From the NCBI GenBank assembly GCA_017499595.2, contig CM039007.1:1798001-1862000 (forward strand): a DNA stretch of 64,000 nt. Reading direction: 5' to 3'. Of this stretch, positions 33,309 through 46,617 are shown in pieces (position 1 is the first letter of the stretch; each line of letters starts with the position of its first letter). The notes under the pieces are model-generated. The model did not search any database. It was not told the origin of the DNA and worked only from the letters and a program-made list of their open reading frames with translations. This stretch comes from Psilocybe cubensis. Lineage: Eukaryota. A program made the position numbers and the translations under genes.

Positions 33309-35948
33309 TCAAAACCCAAAGACCAACACCACCCCGCCCAACACACCCATCCCAAGCGCAACCACCCCTCCCACCCCACCCACACCCACACCCGCCCTCC
33401 CCAACGCACCACTCACCCTCCCCTCACTCGTACTCCCCACAACCCTATCCATCCCCGTATGCCCATTCGACGTAGCAAGCACCCCCGGATCAACCGTCGC
33501 CGTATTCCTCGTCCGCGTAACAAGCGACGTCGCGAACGTGCCCGCAGGTGCACGTGGTACACCGCCTTTACCCTCTGTTTGTGCGTCGGGGGTGAGGAAT
33601 ATCAGTGCGATTGATGGGGCGGGGACTTTGATCGTGCACACTCCTGACTGGGACTGGGACTGGGAGTCGGAGGTGGAGCAGGACACGCTCTGGATGGACT
33701 CGACACCTTCAAGTCGCCCATCCGACGCGAACGTCGCGCCGAACGTCTGCCCGCCCCACGTAAAATTGCCCTTCTGCGCCACACTATCCGCTCTTAAATA
33801 CTTTACCTGCACCGTCCCTCCCCCACCTCCACCACCAAGCACCAACGACAACGAAACCTCCAAATCACTCCCCCCACTCAAATCCGACGCAAAATTAACA
33901 ACCACCACGCGCTTCAACGTCCCACCTTCATATATCGCATACGCAGGCGTATAGACATTATTATTGTTCGCTTGGAGGTCGAGGATTTGTGTGGTGTTGG
34001 ATGGACCGAGTGCTTCGGCTGTTACGAGTGCGGCGTAGTATATTGGTCCGATTGTCCATTTTCGGAACGTGCTCTGGTTCGTGGGGGGTGCTATAAAAAA
34101 AAACACAACACAACATCGCGAGCTGATATCAAAATGCGCACATTACACACAAAGTAGCAGCGACACACGCACGCGTAAACGGATTATAATAAACATTCTG
34201 CCCCCCAACATGAAAAAGCGCCCCCGAAAAATTCGAATGCGCCATCTGCAGCGCATAATCTACCCCCCAAAGCGCCGCGCCAAACGCATCGCTTATCCCC
34301 GCGAACCCGCCGCACGACGCCGTGTTCGTCTCGAACATCAACATCCGCTTGCTTTTGCTCTGTGCGTAGGTCGTCGAGTTTAGATAGGGGGCGAGGATGG
34401 TTTGTGCGGATGTGTGGGTGAGGTAGGTTGGGAAGAGGGATTGGGCGTCGCGTGGTGTGCCGGTGCCGTATTGCGCGTAGCAGTTGTCTGTTGGGTAGCT
34501 GGTGTTGGCGCGTGGTATCAGTTAACGAGTGTTTTCCGAAAAAAAAAAACAAAAACAAAAACAAAAAAAGAAGAAGAAGAAATGGGATTCAACTTACTGT
34601 TCAACAGAAAGATACGCAAGACTTGAACTATACGCATCCACAAAGCCCGTATCCCAAATCTGCTCTGGCGTCCACTTGCCCGTGCTCACACTCGGTCCGA
34701 TGAGAAGCCCGCGGTTCGGGATATTTCCATCGTTGTTCATCGCGTTGACTAGTACGCCGAATTCGCCAAAGTAGTCGTATGGGCCGTATGTCTACGATGT
34801 GCAATGCACAGCGGTACATGTCAATAAACGCTTCGACTGACGACCAATACCAAGGAAAACGAAAACGAAAAAGGCAGGAAACCAAGAACATGAACATGAA
34901 AACGAATACGTACAGGCGGTCGATGCCCATGATCGCCATACAAATCAGGCTCATTCCCCGCCTGCAGCCCAACGAGGAAATCGCCCAAAATCGCCTGGCC
35001 TTGCTCTGCGATGCCCAGGCGGAAGTTGGCGGAGTCGTTGAATGGCACGCCGAGGTACCACCGGACGTTGACGAGGGAGGAGATGTTGTGCAGCATGTAG
35101 AGGAGCTCTTTGGTGTATATTAGTGGGGGGGTTGATGTCTACCCACATGCACACACACACGCGCGCGCGGGGGGGAGGGGGGGCATATATGCGGAAAAGG
35201 TTAATACGATTTAAAAGGTGATGCATTGGAGGAATGAAAATGATTAGTGTGCAGAGTGTGGACGTGGATGATTCAGACGTACGGGGTTGGTCACGTTTGA
35301 GAGATCTTTTTCGAGGATGCGTCCGTCGGAGGTGCGGTCGACGAGGACGGCTGTTTCTTGGGTGTTCCCGCCTACGCGGATGTATATCCTCCCTGCGCGC
35401 GATTGGATGTTGGACATGAGGTTGAGAAAGGGGACTTGGATTATGGATCTTTGTTCAACATGTCAGATGTTTTTTTTCTAACGGCAAAATAATAGTTGAC
35501 CCGTTGGTTCCTACTACACAGAGAACAAGAATCAGCAGTGTGCTTGGGCACTTAGTTAACTTTGCGGTGGAAACGCAGACGCACACACTTGGTTAACGAC
35601 GCTCATCTCGATCGAAAACCCAAAGAACCCCCCTGTTTGGGGTATAGATGCGCCAGGCGGGACGGTAGACTGCAACGCGATGGTAAACGCGTTGGGCATC
35701 GCTGAGGGCCCGGGGGGCGGGGGCGCCTGGAGCATCAGCGGGTTGTATGCTGCTGAGCCGGTATAGGAGGCTGCTGCTGCGTCGGCTGTCCCTGTCCCTG
35801 TGGATGTGGATAGAGGCCGCTGGCCTTCTTGGTAGTATACTGTTACGAATGCGGATACGAGGGGTTGTGGTGGTAGTATTGTTAATAGTAGCGGTGCCAG
35901 GTGAAGGCCGAGAAAAGTGTAAGAGGAGCCAAGCGTTTTGTAGAGCAT
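33309..35948 (-). CDS. GH79 beta-glucuronidase-like protein, secreted / GPI-type, paralogue 1
   Basis: Signal peptide, GFSIEMSV, IRVGGNTQE, acid/base GNEPD, nucleophile FETNTASCGG, WGVDYALQMA, PIYYAAL and a hydrophobic C-terminal tail. Confidence 0.92.
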
Positions 35949-36607
35949 AGAGGTATCGACTTGGCGGCCAAGATTTTGCTTGTGTTTTATGCTTGTGCGA
36001 GGACGAGCGCTTATCTGGATTGTATGAGTGACTTTGGGTATTTGGTGTATGGCGGGTTGTGTTGGGTGTTGGGTGTTGTTGGGTGGACCTGGGGGAGTTG
36101 TTGTGGTATTGTCATTTTGGGATGGATTTCGATCGAGCTATGCGTGTGTTGTCTTACTTACTTTTCAGAGTATCTTCTTTCCCAAATATATCCTCGCATT
36201 GTCGAAGCAATGCTCAGAGCTGCAGCTGTTGATAATTGAATTTAATCGAGTAATGACTCTCGCTCATTATCTACATGGTTGAATTGGAAGAGCTCTGTAG
36301 TGTTTTCATTGTAAACAAGTTATCTTCGAAGATCGACTGAAATTAGATCAGCCTAAATCACTGAATGCGACTGCTCGCATAGAGCAAAGGGCAGAGGGAT
36401 GGATGAGCTAATATTAGCCACGCAGTTCTCAAAGGGGACAAGCCCGCTTTTCGTTTCCATCCGCACTAACTCCAGCATCACTCTCTTTCATTCTCTCCTC
36501 TTCTTCCCTCTTTTTTTTATAACCTCCATAGATATCCCTCCAGCGCGCCTCCAATAGAGATAGAGGCCAAACACTTGGCGAACCACTCCCGCCCACAACT
36601 TGGCATC

Positions 36608-39178
36608 ATGTCCAAATACGCCCGAGCTCTCTCGCTGCTGGCTCTTGCCCTCCAGCTCCAGCTCCAGCCCGCACAGTCCGTCACCGTCTACTACCAGCCA
36701 GCACAGTCCCAGCTCGCAGCGTTCGCTTCACAGGCTTCAGCTGTCGCCGCAGGAGCAAAGTACACAGGTCTCCCTGCGTACAACCCCGCCACCCTCAATG
36801 CCCCTGCGCCACCTAACCCGACGGATCTGCCGACAAAGTTCACCATCCAGCTTCCAAATGCTGTCCCAGCAGGCGCATCCATACCCCATAACGGCTCTTT
36901 CATGGGCTTTTCCGTTGAAATGTCCGTCGTCAACCAAGTTGGTGAGTGGCCTCCCTTCCACCTCTCAGGGGTTCCATTGCTCACTGTCACCGTCACCGTA
37001 AACAGTTGGCAGAAACGCGTACGCTCCATCCACTTTCCTTGGTTGCTTTTTCTGAATGATCCACCCTTTTTTTTCCAGTTCATTCCTCGAAGTCCCATTC
37101 CTCAACCTTATGGCCAACCTCCAGGCCAGAGTAGGCAGAATCAACGTCCGCATCGGCGGGAACACCCAGGAGACAGCCACACTCGTCGAGAGCACAGCCG
37201 ATGGGAAAATCCTCGAGAAGGATTACGATGGAGTCACCAATCCCGTACGTCACCTTCCCCTTCCCTTCCCCTTCAATTAAACCCAACTCGCTCATGATCA
37301 TCCGTACCGTACCGTACCCTCGGCTAACTAACGCACTGCCCCCTTCCTTGTCTTGTCTTGGCATCTTGATTCTATGTAGACACAAACGCCGCCCCTCGTG
37401 TTCACACCAGAGCTGTTGTACATGCTCGCGAACGTATCATCCCACGTCAACGTGCGCTGGTTCCTCGGCGTCCCATTCAACGACACCGCGCACCCGCGTC
37501 TAGCCATCGTCGAGCAAGGCCACGCGATCCTCGGCGACTACCTCATAGGCCTGCAGCTAGGCAACGAGCCGGACTTGTACGCTGCGCATGGGCATCGGCC
37601 GCAGGGGTACAGCGAGCAGGATTATTTTAATGATTTTGGTGTGATGGTCGCTGCGATGAAGAGTGATCAGGCTATACCGGATTATGTGCGCAAGTTGCTT
37701 GTTGGACCGAGTATTCAGGTGCTTTGGTCGCCTGAGCAGATTTGGGCTACGGGGTATATCGATGCGTATAATGAGGAGCTGGCTTTTCTTTCCGTTGAAC
37801 GGTCAGCATTATTATTCATCTGGGGTATAAAAAAAAAGAAGGCGCAACTAACCTTGATTGAAAAAATGCAGATACCCAAGTGACAACTGCGCCGTCGCGT
37901 TCCCTCTAAACGGCGGAACAGTACACGACCCACAACAAACCTTCCCCGACTACCTAACCCACAACAGCGCCGCGAACCTCGTGCAATCGTACATCCCATC
38001 CACGGTGCTCGCGCAGCAGAAGGGCAAGGAGTTTTTGATGTTCGAGACCAACTCGGCGTCGTGTGGTGGGTTCCCGGGCATTAGTGATTCGTTTGGTGCG
38101 GCGCTTTGGGGTGTGGATTATGCGATGCAGATGGCGGCTGTTAATTTCTCCGGGGCGTTGTTCCATGTTGGAGGGCAGAGTGTGACGTATAACCCTTTCA
38201 CGCGTGCGTTGGTTTTTTGTCGCCTCCATGTGCTTTTCTTGAACTGACCTTTGCCTATCTTGTATATGCACTGCACTGCACTGCACTGCACTGATGATAA
38301 ACAGCACCACCCACGAACGAGAGTGTATTCCACAAATGGTCCGTCGGCCCGATATACTACACGTCCCTCGTCGTAGCAGAGGCGCTGGGCCCGAGCAACA
38401 CCTCGCAGGTGATGTTCCTCGAGGCGAACAATAATAACAGTTTGACGCCGGCGTATGGGATTTGGGAGCATGGGCGCCTTGCGAGGGTGCTGATGGTGAA
38501 TTTTGTGTCGGATAATTCGACGAGGAGTGATTTGACGGTGGCGTTGGATATGGATGGGAGTGGGATGCCGGCAACCGTGAAAGTCAAGTGAGTCGTTCAC
38601 TTTCAAGGTTTATGTTCTTGGGGTCCTTGGATGCCCTATCCTTTAATTTTTCTTGCCCCCGCGTCTCTTCGTTTCATACATGATACTCACACATGCGTAT
38701 AACCCACTTCAGGCGCCTCCTCGCACCGTCCGTATCACATATCGGCAACTTCACATGGGCGAACCAGACGTTCGGGAACTACTGGGAATCCGACGGGCGG
38801 CCCGTCGGCACAGAAGTTATCGAGACCGTCACCTGTACACCCATCCCAGGAAGCGCGAACCCATCATCCAACACATGTCTAATCACCGTCCCCGCGCCAA
38901 GTGTCGCGCTCGTCTTCATAAGTGGCGACCCAGGAGACAACGCGGCTGCAGCGAGCACGACGTTCGCGACTACCGCGCTGACGCGGACGAGGAATACGGT
39001 GACGGTTGATCAGGCGGCGTTGCAGACTAGTAATGGGCATGGCGGGAAGGGCGGGGTTGAGTTGGGGAGTACGAGTCCCGAGGCGACGAAGCATGATGCT
39101 GCGCGGGTTGTTGGGGTTAGTTGGGGGGTTGGGGGGGTGGGGGTTTTGATGGCGCTTTCGGCGTGGGCTTTGTTTTGA
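36608..39178 (+). CDS. GH79 beta-glucuronidase-like protein, secreted / GPI-type, paralogue 2
   Basis: Signal MSKYARALSLLALAL; GNEPD; FETNSASCGG; C-terminal DAA...LMALSAWALF. Confidence 0.92.
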
Positions 39179-40681
39179 GGTGGGTTTGAGGTGAGGTGGG
39201 GTACAAAATGTGGGTACTTGCGAGGTGGATACGCAGGGCGTATTGGATGGATGGATGGATGGTACGTGCAGTTCTTTAAACCTTGGAACTGCACCAGTGG
39301 ACTCTTTTTCTGAAACTTATCAAAAACATGAATGCTTTGAACGATAACGAACACATTGATTGATATGTACTTACTCACTTATTATCCTCACTAGTAGTCC
39401 TTCTTTAGGTTTTCTTTTTTTTTTTTGCTATTTATTAACTCTTCATTTGCGTGTCGTTTGAAAGTTTCAAGTTTAGTGGTACTGGTAAGACAATGAAGCT
39501 CGACGCTTGAAGCTTGAAAGCTGTTTTTTTGCTAAGTCGCTGGCTGGGCAAAATGATGCCAAGAGGTTTAGCCTCGATTACTTATGTATGCCGCGCACGA
39601 GGGATTGTAGCCGACACACCTTGACTTTCAACCACCATGTTCGACTCTGGCGTCGGTTTACGGTTTACAACGGACGACGGCGTTGCTATTGTGCTATTGA
39701 GGAAGGTGGAAGGCGTGTACGCACGCGCGCGTTGCTAAATGCTCCGTAGCACGATTTGCACGCTCTGTAAGCGTGGCATCTACAGTGCTGCACCGCGCTC
39801 GCTAGAGCCCAACGCCAGCGCATAGTCTGCGCCCATATACACCTACATCGCGTAATGGAGGTATACGCTGAGCATCGAGCGGAGAGCGTTCGATGACGGA
39901 GTAACTCGGTATCATCGTCGTGGGTCTGAATCGGGTCGGGGAAAGGAAATGGATCGACTATGAGGTGCGGTGCGGTTTGTTTATATACTTTCTGAATCAC
40001 CCCCGTCCCTCCCATCACCTACCCCACCTGTCTACCCTATCTGCAGCGGTATATAAAAAGCGCAAGGGGATGGGCTGACCTGAGCCGACATCAGAACAAA
40101 GCACGCACGCAGTTCATCATGGATGCGTCTCTAAAATAACCTTTTCTGTCCGGCAAAACGGCTGTCAACAGGTTGAATAGAGTCCATGCGAGTTTTCTCC
40201 CACTCAAACCCGCCTGTGGAGAATAGGTTCCAGGTCCTATCCCTCCTCCTTGTCGCACGTCGCTCTCCTCGTATCGGAATAGATAGAGCTATGCGGTTCT
40301 ACACGATTCTTCTCCGACCGTATAGAGCTCATCAGCGTGGGCGAGAATGCGGATAGGATGAGGGCTTGACAAGGTTAGCTTCAGTTTTTGGGCTCCATCG
40401 TTAGATATGCTAAAATTAACGCTAGACCCACGGGTCCAGGGCCTGGTGGGTTTTGGGTTTGCGGGAAACACAAAGCAATACAAAGCAACGCAACGCAATG
40501 CAACGGCGTGGTGTCACCGGCCAGCAATTATACTCCACCATCATCAACAACACTTCCCTTCGTTTCTGTGATCCCCCACCCCCCTCCCCATCCCCATCCC
40601 CTCGTCGTGTCGTATCCTTCTCCTTCTCTCTTTTATAGTTTCGTTTTCGAAGGGACTGGGGGTTCGTTCTGAGCAACTATA

Positions 40682-43099
40682 ATGCTTACCTACCATCGAG
40701 CTCTGTTCGCGCTGCTCGGCGCAGCGCTGGGCATACAGAGCGCTGGAGCGGTGACGGTATACTACCCGCCTATCCAGAGCCAGCTTATGGCGGAAGCTTC
40801 AATGTCGTCCGCCGTGGTGATCGCAGGTGCAAAGTACACCGGACTGCCTGCGTATAACCCTACCGTGCTCCAACCACCACCACCGCCTGATCCGAGCACG
40901 ATGCCTACGCAGTTTACTATCCAGCTGAATAATGCTGTCCCGCCTGCTGCGTCAAAGCAGCAGAATGGGTCTTTTCTTGGGTTTTCGGTCGAAATGTCGG
41001 TCGTGAATCAAGTCAGTGAGTGTCGATTTTTGGGGGTGTTTTTGATATGTCTTTTTTTTGAAGTCGAGTAAATTGCTAATGCTCATTGTTTGATGAATGC
41101 AGTGGGGACAAATGCGTACGTTTGTTTTTTTGTCATCCGCTGAAAATTAGTTTTTTTGTGTGTTGAGGTTGACTTGACTAGGTCTTTTCTCTCAGTTCCT
41201 TTCCTCAATTTGATGGCGAATCTGCAGTCGCGTGTAGGGCGTATCAATATTCGTGTTGGCGGAAACACACAGGAAACAGCGACGCTGGTCAACAGCACGC
41301 AGGACGGGAAGATTCTGGAGAAGGACCTTGCAGACGTTTCCAATCCCGTACGTTCTCTACTACGCCACGCTTCTTTCTGCCATGATCTGAATCCGCTGTT
41401 CTTAGACGCAAACGCCTCCTCTGGTGTTCACCCCCGAGCTCCTTTATATGCTTAGCAACATATCTTCCCACGTTAATGTGCGGTGGCATCTTGGGGTGCC
41501 CTTCAACGACACATCCAACTTCCGCCTGGGTATCGTGGAGCAGGGCCAAACCATCCTTGGAGACTACCTCATCGGCCTCCAGATAGGCAACGAACCCGAT
41601 CTTTATGCAACGCATCAGCATCGACCTCCGACTTATTCACCTCAGGACTATTTTAATGATTTCGGGTTGATGGTGAATGCGCTGAAGCAGGATCCCCTTG
41701 TATCCCAACGCACGCAGCAGCTCTTGATAGGACCTAGCATTCAGTTTATCTGGACACCTGAGCAAGTATGGGCGACAAACTTTATACCCGCGTACAGCGA
41801 CAGTCTGGCGTTCCTGTCTGTGGAACGGTGAGTTTTTCCTGGCATTGGTGCAGTGATACATATCCCTGACCTTTCAAATCATGGCCGTAAGATACCCGAG
41901 CGATAACTGCGCCGTGGCCTTCCCTGATTCTGGCGGCACCGTGCATGATCCACAACAGACATTCCCCGACTACCTGACCCATCAAAGCGCCGCCGCCCTT
42001 GTTGAACCCTATCTTCCCTCCACCGCTCTTGCTCAACAAAGCGGAAAAGAGTTCTTGATGTTCGAGACTAACACCGCTTCGTGCGGCGGTTTCCCGGGTA
42101 TCAGTGACTCCTTTGGTGCGGCGCTCTGGGGTGTAGACTATGCGTTGCAGATGGCGGCTGTCAACTTCTCCGGCGCGTTGTTCCACGTTGGAGGGCAGAG
42201 TGTGTCGTACAACCCATTTACACGTGTGGTTCTATCCTTTTGAAATTTGTTGAATATCGGTTCTGATTTTTTTTTTCTTTGCCCTCCTAGCACCTCCAAC
42301 GAATGAAAGCACGTTCCACCAGTGGACTGTTGGCCCCCTTTATTACTCTTCGCTAGTCGTCGCAGAGGCTCTTGGGCCTAGCAACACCTCACAGGTCATG
42401 TTCCTTGAGGCTAATAATAACAATTCTTTCACCCCGGCCTATGGAATCTGGGAGAACGGAAACTTGGCCAGGGTTCTACTGATCAACTTTGTGTCGGACA
42501 ATTCCACACGCAGCGACCTCAGCGTGTCCCTCAACATGGACGGTCCAGGTATGCCAGGAACTGTAAAAGTAAAGTAAGCACAACACCTCGCGCTCTCATA
42601 CCGTGCACACTCAAAATTAAATCATACTTTGTGAATATCGTACAGACACCTCTTAGCGCCGTCCGTTGCGCACAAGGGCAATTTCACCTGGGCGAATCAG
42701 ACGTTTGGGGGCGTGTTCGAGTCGGATGGGCGGCCGAAGGGCGATGAGGTTGTCGATACTATCACATGCACGCCGGCTGCGGGGGCGACGGGGAATACGT
42801 GTGTTATCCCTGTGCCTGCTCCCGGGGCGGCGCTCGTGTTCTTGGGCTCGGTGACGGACAACGCTGCTGCGCCTAGCACGACGTTTGCGACCACCGCCGT
42901 CACGCGGTTCCGCAACACGGCGACGGTGGACTCGCTCGTGCTGTCTACGTCCAATGGGAGAAGCGGGAGCTCGCAGAGATTGGGGAGTACGAGTCCGGAA
43001 AGTAATAAGAATGCGGCGGATAGGTTGGGGTTGAGCGCTGGTCTGGGTGGTGTGGTTGCTGTCGTAGCACTCCTAGTTTCGACATGGTTGGTTCTGTAA
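40682..43099 (+). CDS. GH79 beta-glucuronidase-like protein, secreted / GPI-type, paralogue 3
   Basis: Signal MLTYHRALFALLGAAL; GNEPD; FETNTASCGG; C-terminal NAA...VVALLVSTWLVL. Confidence 0.92.
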
Positions 43100-44041
43100 C
43101 CACCACCCCCAAACAAAAACTGTCGTAACCTGGGTGAAATCGGACGTGTGGCTGCAAGCAAATTGCGGTAGAGCTCTAACTGACATTTTTGTTTCTCTTC
43201 GCTCTTTAAATATGAGCTTATATTTAGTGCGTGCGTCGTTGAACGATTTCTTATTTGTTGTGTATGTATTTTTTGCTACCATTCGCGCGCGCTGTAATAC
43301 ACTGTCGTTTATTGTTAGCTCTTATCATTGATGAAGTTTTTTTAATACGTACGTCCCCCTTTTATGAGTTTCATGGATGATCCTACTCAATGACGTCCGA
43401 CAGATTTGACATTTTGAACATGAAGTCCAGGAGGTCAGTCTTCAGAACGGTTGTGAGGTTCCTTGGTTATAAAGCATCGGCAGGGCTATGTATCAAGAAT
43501 TTGCGGCCTGGATCAATCATTCTATGGTTATGATGTCGGAACTGTTGAACTAATGGGATCACCTTAGGTGCGCTTAGACTGGATGTTCAAAACTTCCATC
43601 TGTATTATTCTAGGTGCTATAAATTTAGGGTGGAAGCGTAACCGTAGATCCGGAAATTTTTCTGACCAGCCCAGAGTCAACTAACGTTTAATATGTGACA
43701 TTCTGATGCTGACCTTGGATACGTTGTTCCAAAAAATCCAGTGCGTCTCTTTTAATAGCCCAAAGATCTTCCCGATCATCTCTGAAGTGCGGCATGATCA
43801 TGAGCAACTGTCCGCAGCGTTTCCATCCTCTGCCTCTCTACACAGCTCAGCTCATCCCCCACATTGACGTTCCTTCTCCGGTCACCCCTTACACCTTACA
43901 CTCATTTGCAACTGTTTAATTCTTCTTTCAAATTCGTTCCGCCTTTGATACACATTAGGCGCCTTATTCGTTGGTCCCATTTACTTCCCATTTTTAGGCA
44001 GAGTTCAAACACTTGGCACCCCCTTGGCGCGCCTTGGCATT

Positions 44042-46451
44042 ATGACAACATCTCGCGGGACGACCCTGCCTGCAGTCTTCCTTCTACTTTCTTTTTACAT
44101 CCAATGCGCCCTATGCGTAACGGTGTACTATCAGCCAGCTCAGTCCATACTGATGGCGGAGGCCTCTCAGGCCTCTGTGGTCGCGGCAGGTGCAAAGTAC
44201 ACAGGCCTCCCGGCTTATAACCCTGTTGTTCTCGAGGCTCCTCCGCCGCCCGGTCCTAGTGCTGTACCGACAGCGTTCACAATTCCACTCACAAATGCGC
44301 CGCCACCATTGGCCTCCAAGCCTTTGAATGGCTCGTTCTTTGGGTTTTCAGTTGAGATGTCCGTAGTCAATCAAGTTAGTGAGTATCGTCATTAAGCTAT
44401 GGATGTATACCTGTCCTAACCCGTTTAAACTACGCAGTGGGAAAGAATGCGTGTGTATCTCTATCTAATTTATATTTTTAATATTATCTTATGTATTTCT
44501 CTCGATAGGTCCTTCCTACAGGTTCCCTTCTTAAACTTGATGGCCAACCTCCAATCCCGTACTGGACGCGTTAACATCCGTGTCGGCGGAAATACTCAGG
44601 AAACAGCGACCCTTGTCAATAGTACTCCTGATGGACTAATTATTGAGAAAGACTATGAGGGTGCCACGAATCCTGTACGTTATAGCGCGACCTTTTCCTT
44701 CGAATAAATTTCCTTATCAATTCCATAGACGCTGACACCGCCACTCGTCTTCACGCCGGAGTTGTTGTACATGCTGCGAAACATCTCCTCACACGTAAAC
44801 GTTAGATGGCACCTCGGAGTACCTTTCAACGACACGTCTAATTTCCGACTTCAAATTGTGGAACAAGGCCAGGAAATTCTTGGAGATTATCTTATTGGCC
44901 TGCAAGTGGGGAATGAGCCGGATCTTTACCCTGTCCATGGACACAGACCTCCAAATTATGCTCCTCAAGACTACTTCAACGATTTCGGACTCATGGTTAA
45001 TGCATTGCAGCAAGACACCCTCGTGTCAGATACCACAAGAAGTTTGTTGATAGGGCCCAGTGTTCAAGTTCTGTGGACTCCAGAACAAGTTTGGGATACC
45101 GGGTTTATACCAAAATACAACAACAGCCTAGCATTCCTCTCTGTTGAGCGGTATGTAGAACTGCTTGGGTCTTTGCCCATACCATGCTAATTTTTGAGGA
45201 ATATAAAGGTATCCTAGCGACAATTGCGCCGTCGCATTCCCTGGGAGTAATGGCACTTTTCACGATCCTCAGCAAACATTCCCATCCTACCTTACGCATG
45301 ACAATGCCGTTGGAATCGTCCAAAATTATCTTCCCTCCACAGCGCTTGCACAACAGAGCGGAAAGGAATTTTTGATGTTCGAAACCAATACAGCCTCTTG
45401 CGGCGGATTCCCCGGCATCAGCGATTCATTTGGCGCCGCTCTTTGGGGAGTGGATTACGCGCTACAAATGGCCGCGGTTAATTTCTCAGGGGCCTTGTTC
45501 CATGTTGGAGGGCAGAGCGTCAGCTATAATCCATTTACTCGTATGTCCTTATATTATGGCCTCCATCTTTCATTCGTCTCACCAAGGGATAGCTCCGCCC
45601 ACCAATGAAAGCACTTTCCACCAATGGACGGTTGGCCCGATTTACTACTCTTCTTTGGTTGTGGCAGAGGCTCTGGGCCCCACGAATACTTCTCAAGTCA
45701 TGTTCCTTGAAGCCAACAACAACAACAGTTTCACCCCTTCATACGGAATCTGGGAAAATGGGCGTTTGGCCAGAGTCGCAATTATTAACTTTATTTCAGA
45801 TAACACGACGGCGAGTGACCTATCGGTATCCTTGAACCTAGACGGTCCCGGGATGCCGAATTCTGTTCAGGTCAAGTAAGTCTCATTTCAAATATCCTAC
45901 GACTTTATTGCCAGCCATATTCAAAAATCAGCTGTCTCCTCGTCTGCCATACGGTGTTATGTTAAACGAGCGCTGACTTGTATTTCTGCAGATATCTATC
46001 AGCACCATCAGTATCGCACAAAGGCAACATGACATGGGCAAATCAGACGTTTGGAAATAACTTCGAGTCCGATGGTCGTCCGATGGGGACAGAAGTCATC
46101 GAAACAGTTAATTGCTCGCCGGTTGCAGGTGCCAATACCAACACATGCGTTATCAAGGTCCCTGCTCCTGCAGCGGCACTTGTGTTCCTGTCTCCCCAAA
46201 CTGACAATGCAGCGACACCAAGTACAACCTTCGCCACAACAGCTTATACGTTAACGCGCAACACAGTAGGGGTTGCCTCAGATGTCCTGGCGACTTCAAA
46301 TGGAAGAGGGGGGCCTGGAAGCGCTAACAACTTGGGAAGCACAAGTGCTAATGCCAATAAGAATGCAGCGGATAGACTGAGGCTGGGCGTTGCGGCCATG
46401 AGCACAGTGACAATGGGAGCATTGGTTGGGGCGTGGTGGGTCATATTTTAG
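44042..46451 (+). CDS. GH79 beta-glucuronidase-like protein, secreted / GPI-type, paralogue 4
   Basis: Signal MTTSRGTTLPAVFLLLSF; GNEPD; FETNTASCGG; C-terminal NAA...GALVGAWWVIF. Confidence 0.92.
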
Positions 46452-46617
46452 TCTGTAATGAATATACCATATATTTTTAATGTGAAATAATGGCCACTGA
46501 GATGAAGCCATCTAGTATTTCTTTCTTTTAAGATAAAAACTGACACCAGGCAAATTCCATTTCTCCATGTAATAATTTACAAATGACTTCACTGAAGTCT
46601 GTGACAAAGGACCACTA

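Noticed and set aside
32080-38295. Short tandem repeats and palindromes: (TGACCAG)3 at about 32425, AAGCTTAAGCTT at about 32735, (CTGCA)n at about 38270, (AC)n(GC)n at about 35150
   Set aside because: Ordinary microsatellites with no spacer structure; not a CRISPR array or an organised repeat system.
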